A stretch of 64,000 nt of DNA from Alphaproteobacteria bacterium (GTDB lineage: Bacteria > Pseudomonadota > Alphaproteobacteria > UBA828). Below, one piece after another: positions 1 through 9,674 of this stretch; the first letter of the stretch is position 1, and each line of letters starts with the position of its first letter. The stretch spans positions 544,001-608,000 of the forward strand of contig CBDCQT010000010.1 in the NCBI GenBank assembly GCA_965220745.1, read 5' to 3'. A program made the translations under genes and the position numbers. A model generated the notes under the pieces. It searched no databases and had not been told where the DNA came from. It saw nothing but the letters and a program-made list of their open reading frames with translations.

Positions 1-1
1 G

Positions 2-172
2 TTCCAGCCCTTCAAGCGGTTGCACGCGCGCCACCAGTACGAGGGCGCCGGTATCGGTCTTGCGATTTGCGAAAAGATCGTCCTGCGCCATCATGGCCAG
101 ATCACCGCAACCGGCACGCCGGGCGAGGGCGCCACCTTCACGGTGACTCTGCCCCGCCGGCAGCCCCGGTAA
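2..172 (+). CDS. Sensor histidine kinase, C-terminal HATPase fragment (Cph1/BphP-like class); 5' truncated by window edge
   Basis: Frame 2 reads [51 protein letters not shown], giving F box, G2 box GxGLGL and terminal G-x-G-x-T-F; stop TAA at 170-172. Confidence 0.9.
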   Translation, partial: FQPFKRLHARHQYEGAGIGLAICEKIVLRHHGQITATGTPGEGATFTVTLPRRQPR

Positions 173-179
173 GCGCACG

Positions 180-1103
180 ATGACCACCGCGTCGAATACC
201 AAACCGGTCCTGATCCTGATGGCGGATGACGACCCCGAGGATTGCCTGCTGACCAAGAAGACGCTGCAGAAGGCACGGCTCGGCAACGAGTTGCGCTTCG
301 TGCAGGACGGCCAGGAGCTGCTGGACTACCTCGGGCGGAGCGGCAAGTTCTCCGATCCCGGCTCCTCGCCCCGCCCCGACCTGATCCTGCTCGACCTCAA
401 CATGCCCAACATGGCGGGGCTCGACTCGCTCTGGGAGATCAACCTCAGGCCGGCGCTGAGAAAGATACCGATCGTCATCCTCACGGCCTCCGAGGCCAGC
501 CTGGACATCTCCGACAGCTACAATCTCGGCGCTTACGCCTATCTGGTGAAGCCGGTGACCTTCGCCAAGCTGCACGACGCCGTGCTGCGGCTGAAAAGCT
601 GCAGCTATGAGCTCGCGGTTCCGTCCGGCTCTGGCGACGCGGTGCGGCCTGCAGTCATCGTCATGGCGGACGACGACCCGGAGGATTGCCTGGAGGCGAC
701 GAAGACGCTGCAGGCTGCGGGCCTGGGCAACGCGCTCACTTACGTGACCAACGGCGCCGCGCTCTTGGACCATTTACAGGGGCGGCATGTCCACGGCGAC
801 GGCACGCCCGCGCCAAGGCCGGATCTCGTCATTCTCGACCCCGGCCTGCAGCAGACGGAAGGGCGCCATGCGCTCGCCGAGATCGCCGCCACGCCGGCGC
901 TCCGCGATCTGCCGGTGATCCTGCTGGGCGGATCCAGGGACGACCGCGCCGACCTGCCTTGGGCGGGGCCGGCGGAGCCGGTCTTCATCGAGACGCCGAT
1001 CGATTTCATCGCCTTCGCCGGCGCGGTCGCGGCCTTTCCGTCGCTCGCGCTGCGACTCGTGACCAAAGCCGAGGGGCCGGCCGGCACAGCCGGCGCCGCG
1101 TAG
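180..1103 (+). CDS. Response regulator with two tandem receiver domains (Rcp1-like; second domain degenerate)
   Basis: Two ILMADDDPED..PDL(I/V)(L/I)LD repeats; the first has T and KP, the second lacks both. Confidence 0.85.
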   Translation: MTTASNTKPVLILMADDDPEDCLLTKKTLQKARLGNELRFVQDGQELLDYLGRSGKFSDPGSSPRPDLILLDLNMPNMAGLDSLWEINLRPALRKIPIVILTASEASLDISDSYNLGAYAYLVKPVTFAKLHDAVLRLKSCSYELAVPSGSGDAVRPAVIVMADDDPEDCLEATKTLQAAGLGNALTYVTNGAALLDHLQGRHVHGDGTPAPRPDLVILDPGLQQTEGRHALAEIAATPALRDLPVILLGGSRDDRADLPWAGPAEPVFIETPIDFIAFAGAVAAFPSLALRLVTKAEGPAGTAGAA

Positions 1104-1119
1104 ACGGCGGGAGGGGAGG

Positions 1120-1572
1120 ATGGTGAGAGCCGACACAAGCGAGCGCACCGTCCTCCTCATGGCGGACGACGACCCCGCCGATTGCCTTCTTACCGAGAAG
1201 GCGCTGCGCCGGGCGGACATTACCTGCCCGCTCTACGTCGTCCACGACGGCGCCGAGCTTCTGGACTACCTCAAGCGCCAGGGCGACTACGCCGACCCGG
1301 AAGCCGCACCGAGGCCGAGCTTGATCCTGCTCGACCTCAACATGCCAAAGGTCAACGGCACCGAGGTGCTGGAGCAACTGCGCGACGAGCCGGAGCTCTG
1401 CCGCATCCCCGTGGTGGTGCTCACGACCTCCGACGAGGAGCGGGACATCGCGGCGAGCTACGCGCTCGGCGCCAACGCCTACATGGTCAAGCCCTCGGCC
1501 TTCGATGACATGGTCTCGGTGGCCGAGGTCGTGAAGGCCCACTGGCTGGAGACGGTGCGCCTACCGCCCTGA
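1120..1572 (+). CDS. Single-domain response regulator, Rcp1-like
   Basis: LLMADDD, PSLILLDLNMPKVNG, VVVLTTS, LGANAYMVKP; RBS GGAGG upstream. Confidence 0.92.
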   Translation: MVRADTSERTVLLMADDDPADCLLTEKALRRADITCPLYVVHDGAELLDYLKRQGDYADPEAAPRPSLILLDLNMPKVNGTEVLEQLRDEPELCRIPVVVLTTSDEERDIAASYALGANAYMVKPSAFDDMVSVAEVVKAHWLETVRLPP

Positions 1573-1581
1573 GCGCCCCTG

Positions 1582-2478
1582 TCACGCCCCGCCAAGTGCG
1601 GCCGACGCGCCGGCCGTCTCGCCCTCGTGAACCAGATGCGTCGCCTGTACCCACCAACCGGGATGATCGCGGGCGATGGCGCGGGCCGCCTCCGCTGTTG
1701 CCGCCTCATCCGCGAACAGGCCGAAGCAGGTGCCCCCCGAACCGGACATGCGGGCGAGCAGGCAGCCAGGCGCCGCACCGAGCCGGGCCAGAACATGTCC
1801 GACCTCTGGCGTGTGAGCGAGTGCGGGCCGCTCAAGGTCGTTGCGGCGGGCGCGGAGAAGCTGAGCCAGCGCCGGCGCGTCGGTTGGGCTCTCTTGAAAG
1901 CGCTGAGCGACCGAGAACGGCCCCTGCCTTGCGGCGAAGATCGCCCTGGTGGGCACCGGAACGCCGGGATTGACCAGGAGCACCGCGCAGGGCGGCAGCG
2001 GCGGCGGCGCGCTCAACACCTCGCCGATGCCGGCCATGTAGGCAGCGCGCGCGTGTAGGCAGACCGGCAAATCGGCGCCAAGGCCGAGCGCGACATCCTG
2101 AAGATCGCTCGCGTGCGCGGCACCGAGACCCCACAGCCGGGCGAGGCCGCGCAGCACCGCGGCCGCGTCCGCCGAGCCGCCGCCGAGGCCCGCCGCGACA
2201 GGAATGTGCTTCTGCAACGCAATCCGCACGGCGGCGGGACGGCCGAGCCTCTCCCCCAGCGCCACCGCCGCCCGCGTCGCCAGGTTTTCGCCCGTGCCCG
2301 AGGCTTCGGCGAACGGGCCGCGCACGGTAAGGGAGAGGGCATCGGCCGACGCAATCTCCAGCGTATCGGCGAGCGCGGTGAAGGTGACGAGGCTGTCCAG
2401 CTCGTGATAGCCGTCGGCGCGCCGGCCGGTCACGTGGAGGTAGAGGTTGAGCTTGGCCGGCGCCTCCACCCGGATCAC
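1582..2478 (-). CDS. ispE: 4-diphosphocytidyl-2-C-methyl-D-erythritol kinase
   Basis: APAKLNLYLHVTGRRADGYHEL, IPVAAGLGGGSADAA, MSGSG; GTG start at 2478 chosen (track ORF is over-extended). Confidence 0.95.
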   Translation of the reverse strand: MIRVEAPAKLNLYLHVTGRRADGYHELDSLVTFTALADTLEIASADALSLTVRGPFAEASGTGENLATRAAVALGERLGRPAAVRIALQKHIPVAAGLGGGSADAAAVLRGLARLWGLGAAHASDLQDVALGLGADLPVCLHARAAYMAGIGEVLSAPPPLPPCAVLLVNPGVPVPTRAIFAARQGPFSVAQRFQESPTDAPALAQLLRARRNDLERPALAHTPEVGHVLARLGAAPGCLLARMSGSGGTCFGLFADEAATAEAARAIARDHPGWWVQATHLVHEGETAGASAALGGA

Positions 2479-2488
2479 CGCCGGCTCT

Positions 2489-4246
2489 CTAATGGGCGTC
2501 GTCCGCCTCCGCGCCGGCAGAGAGGCCACCCGCGATCTTGCGCGTGACTTGGGCGGCCAGGTCGTCCTCCGGCTCGAGGGTGAGCACGCGGCGCCACTGG
2601 AATCGGGCCTCGTGCAGTCGGCCCACCTGCCAATAGGCGTCGCCCAGGTGATCGTTAATGATCGGATCGCCCGCCACCAGCTCCACCGCCCGCTCAAGCT
2701 GGTGGACCGCCTCCTCGAAGTCGCCCAGCCTGTAGGCCACCCAACCGAGGCTGTCGACGATGTAGCCGTCATCCGGCCGGAGCTCGACGGCCTTCTCGAT
2801 CATCGACTTGGCTTCGTCGAGATTGTGGAGCTGCTCCACCCAGGAATAGCCGAGATAGTTGAGGACCAGCGGCTGATCGGGCTCCAGTTCGAGCGCGCGC
2901 TTGAAGTCGGCCTCAGCCTTGGGCCACTCGCCCAGGCGCTCGAACGCGATGCCGCGCACGTAGAACAGGCGCCAGTGGCGATATTCGACCGTCTCGATCC
3001 GCCCGACCGCGATGTCGTAGGCTGCGGCGGCCTCCGCGTATTGCTCATCCCTCCTGAACACGTCGCCGAGGACGGAGACGGCGTCGGTGCGCTCGGGCTG
3101 CTCATCCGCCATGCGCCTCAGCGTCGCGACCGCCTCATCCAGACGGTCGAGATCCGCGAGACCGCTCGCAGCGCGGAGTTGTGCCGCCCAGGAGAAGTCC
3201 GACCCGTCCGGAATGGACCGGTAAGCATCCACCGCGTCCTCCAGCCGCTCCGCATCTTCGAGAATCTCGCCGATCAGGAAACGGGCCGAGTCCAGGTCGT
3301 CGCGGAGGAAGAGCGCAAGGCGCGCGTAAATCAGCGCGGCTTCGCCGTTGTCCCGCTGCGGCACCGAGGCCGCCGCGCCCAGCAGAGCCTCCGCCAGCCC
3401 CTCGCGCGCATCCGAGACGAGGGGCGGTACCGCCTCGCCGGCTTCGACCGCCGCCAACACGCGTTCGACCCAGATGATGCCGGGGTTCTGGTCACGGTAC
3501 TCTTCGTAGATCGCACGGGCCTCGACGACGCGTCCTGCCCGCATCAGCACGCTGCCGAGCGCCACCACCGGGCGGTGCGAGCCGCTGGAGGTCGCGATCT
3601 CTCTCCGCAGCAGTGCCTCGGCCTCCGCCTCGCGCCCGGCGAGATCGTTTATCAGGCCAGCATGGAGGTTGAAGAAGGACTTGTAGGAATCGCGATCTCC
3701 AAGCGGTGCCAACGCCGCCAGCGACGCTGCGTCCGAGCCGGCTCCGGTGTGCATCCACGCCTCGGCGAGCGGCACCAGCAGGGCATAGACACTCTTCCGC
3801 TCAATCTCGCCGATTCGTTCCAGCGCCTCTTCGTAGTCGCCGTCGCGCGCATCCCGCAGCGCGAGAACGAATTGCGCCAGACGTCCGCTTGCCTCGACAT
3901 CGAGGAGGTGCTCGGCCAACGCGGCCGCGTCCTCGATCCGACCGTCGGCGACCAGCAGGGACACGGAGCGGCGCAGGAGAGAGGGATTGTCCGGATCCTC
4001 GACCAGCACGCGCTGGAGGTGCTGGGCCGCCGCAGCATAGTCACCGCGGGCATGAGCGTAGCGGCCGACAAGATAGTTGCCGAGCGGCGAGGCCTCCTCC
4101 CGGTGAGCGCTGGCCGCGGGCTCCGGCGGCATGGGAGGAGAAGGCGGATCGGCCGCCGTGAGACCGGTGATGCTTGACCCGCCGATCAGACCGGCGGCCA
4201 AGGCCCCACTCAACAAGGCGATTGCGCCGCGGCACCGCTTGCGCAG
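2489..4246 (-). CDS. Exported tetratricopeptide-repeat protein (conserved ispE-upstream TPR protein); start uncertain
   Basis: Hydrophobic N-terminus, TPR repeats, LNYLGYSW..AVELRPDDGYIVDSLGW..INDHLGDAYW motif; synteny with ispE. Confidence 0.88.
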   Translation of the reverse strand: MRKRCRGAIALLSGALAAGLIGGSSITGLTAADPPSPPMPPEPAASAHREEASPLGNYLVGRYAHARGDYAAAAQHLQRVLVEDPDNPSLLRRSVSLLVADGRIEDAAALAEHLLDVEASGRLAQFVLALRDARDGDYEEALERIGEIERKSVYALLVPLAEAWMHTGAGSDAASLAALAPLGDRDSYKSFFNLHAGLINDLAGREAEAEALLRREIATSSGSHRPVVALGSVLMRAGRVVEARAIYEEYRDQNPGIIWVERVLAAVEAGEAVPPLVSDAREGLAEALLGAAASVPQRDNGEAALIYARLALFLRDDLDSARFLIGEILEDAERLEDAVDAYRSIPDGSDFSWAAQLRAASGLADLDRLDEAVATLRRMADEQPERTDAVSVLGDVFRRDEQYAEAAAAYDIAVGRIETVEYRHWRLFYVRGIAFERLGEWPKAEADFKRALELEPDQPLVLNYLGYSWVEQLHNLDEAKSMIEKAVELRPDDGYIVDSLGWVAYRLGDFEEAVHQLERAVELVAGDPIINDHLGDAYWQVGRLHEARFQWRRVLTLEPEDDLAAQVTRKIAGGLSAGAEADDAH

Positions 4247-4280
4247 GTCTTCCCGACGCGGGGAAGCGCCCTCCCCTGCC

Positions 4281-5921
4281 CTACATGTTGGCATAATTGG
4301 GGCCGCCCCCGCCCTCGGGCACCACCCATACGATGTTCTGCGTGGGGTCCTTGATGTCGCAGGTCTTGCAGTGCACGCAGTTCTGCGCGTTGATCTGCAG
4401 GCGCGGTGGGCCGGCGGCGTCCTCCACGATCTCGTAGACACCGGCCGGGCAATAGCGCTGCTCCGGCGCGTCGTAGAGCGCGAGATTCACCCCTATCGGC
4501 ACACCGTCGTCCTTGAGCGTCAGATGCGCGGGCTGGTCCTCCTCGTGATTGGTGTTGGAGAGGTAGACCGAGCTCGGCTTGTCGAAGGAGACGACGCCGT
4601 CCGGCTTCGGATAGGCGATCTTGGGCGCATCGGCGGCCCTCTTCAGGCTCTTGTGGTCTTGGCCGTGGCGGAGCGTCCAGGGCAGCACGCCGCCGGTCCA
4701 AAGCTCCATGAAGCTGATGACGGTGCCGGCGGCGAGCCCCCAGCGGAACGCCGGGCGACAGTTCCTGACCTGCCTGAGCTCCTTCATCACCCATGAGCGG
4801 CGTAACGCTGCCGGATAGGCGCCGAGCGGCTTGGTGCCGTCGTCGGTCTCGCCCAGCGCAGCGAATGCGGCTTCCGCCGCCAGCGCGCCGCTCTTCATCG
4901 CGTTGTGGCTGCCCTTGATCTTGGGCACGTTGAGGAAGCCCGCGGCACAGCCGATCAACGCACCGCCGGGAAAGACGGTTTCGGGAATCGACTGGTATCC
5001 GCCCTCGTTGATCGCGCGCGCGCCGTAGGCCAGCCGCTGGCCTCCTTCCAGCACGGGGCGGATCAGCGCGTGGGTCTTGAAGCGCTGGAACTCGTCGAAG
5101 GGCGAGAGGTGCGGATTCTCGTAATCGAGTGCCACGACGAAGCCGATCGAGACCAGGTTCTCGTCGAAGTGATAGAGGAAGGAGCCGCCGTAGGTGCGGC
5201 TGTCCAGCGGCCAGCCGAAGCTGTGCTGGACCAGGCCCGGCCGGTGCTTGCCGGGCTCGATCTCCCAGACCTCCTTGAGGCCGATGCCGTAGGTTTGCGG
5301 GTCCGAGCGCTTCCGCAAATCGAACCGCTCGACCACCTGCTTGGTCAGTGAGCCGCGCGCACCCTCGGCGAACAGCGTGTATTTCGCGTGCAGCTCGACG
5401 CCGGGCTCGTAGCTCGCCTTCTGGCTGCCGTCCTTAGCGATGCCCATGTCGCCAGTGGCGACGCCCTTGACTCGGCTGTCCTCGTGATAGAGCACCTCGG
5501 CGGCGGCGAAGCCGGGGTAAACCTCGACGCCGAGCTCCTCCGCCTGCTGGCCGAGCCAGCGGCAGAGATTGCCGAGGCTGATGATGTAGTTGCCGTGGTT
5601 GCGCATTTGCGGGGGCAGCAGCGCGCCCGGCATCCTGATGCCGCCCTTCCTGGTGAGGTAGCGGAACTCGTCCGCGCGCGCCAGCGTGTCGAGCGGCGCG
5701 CCCTTCTCCTTCCAGTCCGGGATCAGCTCGTCCAGCGCGCGCGGCTCGAAGACGGCGCCGGAGAGGATGTGGGCGCCCACCTCGGAGCCCTTCTCGAGCA
5801 CGGTCACGCTGATCTCGCGGCCGGTCTCCTCGGCAAGCTGGCGCAGGCGTATCGCAGCGGCAAGCCCAGCGGGACCGGCCCCCACGATCACAACGTCGAA
5901 CTCCATCGATTCCCGGCTCAT
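4281..5921 (-). CDS. Electron transfer flavoprotein-ubiquinone oxidoreductase
   Basis: [27 protein letters not shown]-terminal [33 protein letters not shown]. Confidence 0.96.
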   Translation of the reverse strand: MSRESMEFDVVIVGAGPAGLAAAIRLRQLAEETGREISVTVLEKGSEVGAHILSGAVFEPRALDELIPDWKEKGAPLDTLARADEFRYLTRKGGIRMPGALLPPQMRNHGNYIISLGNLCRWLGQQAEELGVEVYPGFAAAEVLYHEDSRVKGVATGDMGIAKDGSQKASYEPGVELHAKYTLFAEGARGSLTKQVVERFDLRKRSDPQTYGIGLKEVWEIEPGKHRPGLVQHSFGWPLDSRTYGGSFLYHFDENLVSIGFVVALDYENPHLSPFDEFQRFKTHALIRPVLEGGQRLAYGARAINEGGYQSIPETVFPGGALIGCAAGFLNVPKIKGSHNAMKSGALAAEAAFAALGETDDGTKPLGAYPAALRRSWVMKELRQVRNCRPAFRWGLAAGTVISFMELWTGGVLPWTLRHGQDHKSLKRAADAPKIAYPKPDGVVSFDKPSSVYLSNTNHEEDQPAHLTLKDDGVPIGVNLALYDAPEQRYCPAGVYEIVEDAAGPPRLQINAQNCVHCKTCDIKDPTQNIVWVVPEGGGGPNYANM

Positions 5922-6050
5922 GCGCGCTCTCGATTGTCGCGGAAAAAACCCGCTGCGCAAGCGCCCGTCGCTGCGGAACACAGAATGGGCCTAGCGAACA
6001 CAAGTTGCGTCCCAACGCCGGGCGTGGAGCTTTGTGGCACGATGAGCACT

Positions 6051-7031
6051 ATGAGATTACTAGCCACGGTCGCCCTCGCGGTCATGATCGCGGCTTCGGG
6101 CGCGAGAGCAGAGGGAGTGGGCTTCCGCGACATCGATATCGAGGTGGACGGAGAGCGGCTGATCACCGCGCTCTGGTATCCGACTGATGGGGCAAACGGG
6201 CGGACAGCTGTCGGCCCGTTCACCATGGACGCGAGCCGAGGGGCGCCGCTCGGTGACGGGTGGTACGGTCTCGTCCTGCTGTCGCACGGGACCGGCGGCG
6301 GCCGCCTGAATCACCGCGACACGGCGATTCGTTTGGCCGAGAGCGGTTATATCGTGGCCGCGCCGGAGCACGCCGGCGACAGTTGGCGTGACGGCCGATA
6401 CAGCGGCACAGCGGAGAATTGGCGCCGGCGTCCACGCCAGCTGAGCGCCGTTCTGGATGGCCTCCTCGGCAACGCTGGATTCGGCTCCCACATCGACCCG
6501 GCGCGCGTTGGAGCCGTCGGGCACTCGGCCGGCGGCTATAGCGTGCTTGCCCTGATCGGCGGCCGGGCGGACATGACCGTGCTCGCGCAGCACTGTACTC
6601 GCTATCGCGATGAGGATCCGGAATTCTGCGGTTATGGTCGGCCCGGAGGGCACGACGAGATACCGATGCCCGACATCACAGACCAGCGGATCGGTGCCGT
6701 CGTGGCCGTGGCGCCGGTGGGCGCGCTCTTCGGGGACGGGGCGTTTTCCGGCGTTGCGGTGCCGGCTCAAATACATCGCCTGGAAGCTGACAGCGTGCTG
6801 CGCGAGCCTTGGCACGCGGAGCACATCGCAGCCCTGATGGGGGATCATGCGACCTTGGTCACCCATCCGGAGGCACACCACTTCGCCTTCATCACGCCGT
6901 TCCCGGCTGCGTTGGCCGATCAAGTGGGCGCCGCGGGGCGCGATCCGGCGGACTTCGACCGGCGCGCCTTCCTCGCGGAAATCGACGAGCAGATTCTAGG
7001 ATTCTTCGACGACGCCCTGCCTGCGCCGTGA
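6051..7031 (+). CDS. Exported alpha/beta hydrolase (predicted dienelactone hydrolase family)
   Basis: Signal peptide, LWYPT, LVLLSHGTGG, nucleophile elbow GHSAGG, C-terminal HFAF. Confidence 0.85.
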   Translation: MRLLATVALAVMIAASGARAEGVGFRDIDIEVDGERLITALWYPTDGANGRTAVGPFTMDASRGAPLGDGWYGLVLLSHGTGGGRLNHRDTAIRLAESGYIVAAPEHAGDSWRDGRYSGTAENWRRRPRQLSAVLDGLLGNAGFGSHIDPARVGAVGHSAGGYSVLALIGGRADMTVLAQHCTRYRDEDPEFCGYGRPGGHDEIPMPDITDQRIGAVVAVAPVGALFGDGAFSGVAVPAQIHRLEADSVLREPWHAEHIAALMGDHATLVTHPEAHHFAFITPFPAALADQVGAAGRDPADFDRRAFLAEIDEQILGFFDDALPAP

Positions 7032-7056
7032 CGCCGGCCGGGCGGCGTTCTGCGGC

Positions 7057-8754
7057 TCAGGCGTCGGCGACGTAGCCGTAGTCGCGGCGCGCGGCCTCCG
7101 GCGTGACGTAACCTTCCGCGAGGTCTTCTTCCACCGCCTCGGACGCGCGCTCACTGGGCTCGCCGTAGCCGCCGCCGCCGGGAACGATGAGCCGCACGCG
7201 ATCACCCGGACGCAGGCGGATATTGGCGTACTTGGACGACGACGCCTTACCGTGGGTTTCGGTCACCGGGCGCCAGTCGTTCGCGCCCTCGGGCCGGACC
7301 AGGGTCGCGCCCACCGCACCCTCCTTGCCGCCGAACAGACCCCACGTCTTGATCCGGTGCCGGTCGGTGCACTGGCTCGCGGTGATCTCCGCCGACAGCG
7401 TACGCAGGGTCTTGCGGTAGCCGAGCCCGCCGCGGTGGCGGCCGGGGCCGCCGGAATCCGGCGTCATCGCGAAGTCCTCGACCTGGAAAGGGAAGCGCGT
7501 CTCGAACACCTCGACCGGGTTGAAGCGGCAGTTGCCGTTGATGGCGATCACGCAATCGTTGCCGTCGGCGTAGTCGCGCCCGCCCCAGCCGCCGGAGATC
7601 AGATCGTAGCAGGCGAAGTACTCGTCGTAGTCGGGGTGGTGGCCGCCGAAGACGAAGTTGCCGCCAGTACCGCTCTCCGCCGCCATAGCGCGCTCGGGTG
7701 CACCCTGGGCGAGCGCGCCGATCACGATGAGCGCGAGCCTCGGGTGAGTTTCCGTATTGCCCGCGACCTCCGGCGCCGGATAGTCGACGTTGGCGACGGT
7801 GCCGGGCCGGGCCACGATCTTGATCGGGCGGAAGCACCCGGAATTCTTGGGAATCGACGGGTCGGTCATGTGAAAAAGCGCGTTGTAGGTCGCCGACCAG
7901 GTGACGCCGAGGGTGGCGTTGATCGGTCCCTTGGCCTGGTCGTCGGTGCCCGAGAAGTCGGCGATCAGCTCGTCCCCCTGGACGAAGACATCGACTCGTA
8001 GCTGATAGGGCTTGTCCTCGATCCCGTCGTTCTCGACCGTGTCCTCGAAGTGGTAGCGGCCGTCGGGGAACTGAGCGATCTCGGCGCGCATGCGGCGCTC
8101 GGAATAGTCCATCAAGTCGCTGCAAGTCTCGTTCCAGAGGTCGCGACCGTACTTCGCCACCATCTCCTTGAGGCGCGCCTCGCCGAGGTCCAGCGCACCG
8201 ATCATGGCGCGCAGGTCGCCGTAGTTGTAACGAGGCGTCCGGACGTTCGCGAGAATGAGCTTCCATACCGAATCGACGTCGCGCCCGCGCTTCATGATCT
8301 TTACCGGCGGCACGCGCACGCCTTCGTGGAAGATCTCCGTCGCCTCGCCGGCGAAGCCGCCCGGCACCATGCCGCCGACTTCGGCGATGTGGCCGATGGC
8401 GACAACGAACGCCAGGAGCTTGCCGTCGGCGAAGACCGGCTTGAACAGCGTGTGCTCGGGCACGTGCAGGCCGCCCCGGTAGGGGTCGTTGTGGACGATG
8501 ACGTCGCCTTCCTCGATCTGGTCGATCGGGATTTCCTCGGCGCAGGTCTTTATCAGCAGCGGCATGCCGCCGATCTGGGCCGGGCAGAACTCGGCGACCG
8601 AGACCATCTCGCCGTCGGTGTCGGCGATGGCGCAAGTGAAATCGAGGCCCTCGTTGAAGATCGTCGAATAGGACGTCTTCATCAGAGTGATTCCCATTTC
8701 CCGGCAGATCGACACCATCGAGGAATCGATGATGTTCATCGTCACCATGTCCAT
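7057..8754 (-). CDS. Hydantoinase B / 5-oxoprolinase subunit B family protein
   Basis: KTSYSTIFNEGLDF, HNDPYRGGLHVPE, HIAEVGGMVPG, DSGGPGRHRGGLG, PGGGGYG. Confidence 0.92.
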   Translation of the reverse strand: MDMVTMNIIDSSMVSICREMGITLMKTSYSTIFNEGLDFTCAIADTDGEMVSVAEFCPAQIGGMPLLIKTCAEEIPIDQIEEGDVIVHNDPYRGGLHVPEHTLFKPVFADGKLLAFVVAIGHIAEVGGMVPGGFAGEATEIFHEGVRVPPVKIMKRGRDVDSVWKLILANVRTPRYNYGDLRAMIGALDLGEARLKEMVAKYGRDLWNETCSDLMDYSERRMRAEIAQFPDGRYHFEDTVENDGIEDKPYQLRVDVFVQGDELIADFSGTDDQAKGPINATLGVTWSATYNALFHMTDPSIPKNSGCFRPIKIVARPGTVANVDYPAPEVAGNTETHPRLALIVIGALAQGAPERAMAAESGTGGNFVFGGHHPDYDEYFACYDLISGGWGGRDYADGNDCVIAINGNCRFNPVEVFETRFPFQVEDFAMTPDSGGPGRHRGGLGYRKTLRTLSAEITASQCTDRHRIKTWGLFGGKEGAVGATLVRPEGANDWRPVTETHGKASSSKYANIRLRPGDRVRLIVPGGGGYGEPSERASEAVEEDLAEGYVTPEAARRDYGYVADA

Positions 8755-8876
8755 GCTGCGCCCTCCCCACGCTGGGCCGTGTGCACCACAAAGCGCGCCC
8801 GAGCCGACATTACGGTCTTGCCGCCTGCTTGAGAAGCCGCGCGTTCGCGCGAAGGCGAGCGCTATACTCCCGCCCC

Positions 8877-9674
8877 ATGGCCCGATTCGCCGCGGTCTTT
8901 CTCCTCGTTCTCACCGTGCCAGGTTTGGGCGTTGCCAGTGGGACGACGGTACCGCTGCCGACGGGCCTCACGCCCGACGCGGAAGCGCGGGTGGTCGAGG
9001 TCATCGACGGCAGCACGGTCCTGCTGCATGACGGGGAGACGGTCAGGCTCGCGGGCATCGACGTGCCGCGGCCCGCGCGTGGCGAAACCGCGTCCGAGGC
9101 CGGCATCCTCGCGACAGAAGCGCGCCAAGCGCTCGCTGCTCTGGTTCACGATCGCCGGGTCGGTCTGGCAGTGGGCGACACCCCGCGAGACCGCTACGGC
9201 CGCCTGCGCGGCCATCTGGCGCGGAGCGACGACGGAACCTGGATTCAAGGTGCGTTACTCGCCGCCGGCCTCGCGCGGGTCCACAGCGTCGTCGACGACC
9301 GCGCAGCGATTCCCGAGATGCTCGCCATCGAACATCGCGCGCGCGCCGCGCGTCTCGGCATCTGGTCGCAGCCTCGCTATCGGGTGCGCACTGCAGATGA
9401 GGCCGACGGCGGGCTCCATAGCTTCCAACTAGTCGAGGGGCGGGTTCGGGCGGCGGCGGTGGTGCGGGGGCGCGGCTACCTCAACTTCGGCGACGACTGG
9501 CGTGAGGACTTCACTGTCTCCATTGGGCCGCGCGACCGTCGGCGCTTCGAGGCTGCGGGCATCGTCATCGAGGATTACGAGGGGCGTCTGGTGCGCGTGC
9601 GCGGCTGGGTCGACTCGTTCAACGGCCCCATGATCGAGGCCACTCATCCCGAGCAGATTGAGGTTCTCGAATGA
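8877..9674 (+). CDS. Thermonuclease (SNase) family protein
   Basis: VVEVIDGSTV, VRLAGIDVP, DRYGRL, ARAARLGIW; C-terminal YLNFGDDW OB-like domain. Confidence 0.88.
   Translation: MARFAAVFLLVLTVPGLGVASGTTVPLPTGLTPDAEARVVEVIDGSTVLLHDGETVRLAGIDVPRPARGETASEAGILATEARQALAALVHDRRVGLAVGDTPRDRYGRLRGHLARSDDGTWIQGALLAAGLARVHSVVDDRAAIPEMLAIEHRARAARLGIWSQPRYRVRTADEADGGLHSFQLVEGRVRAAAVVRGRGYLNFGDDWREDFTVSIGPRDRRRFEAAGIVIEDYEGRLVRVRGWVDSFNGPMIEATHPEQIEVLE

Noticed and set aside
2447-4177. Long antisense ORFs (for example 2447-4177, 32764-34797, 38135-40225, 44972-47110, 51452-53887, 58771-60441)
   Set aside because: They are shadow frames opposite well-supported genes, expected in high-GC DNA, with no recognisable motifs
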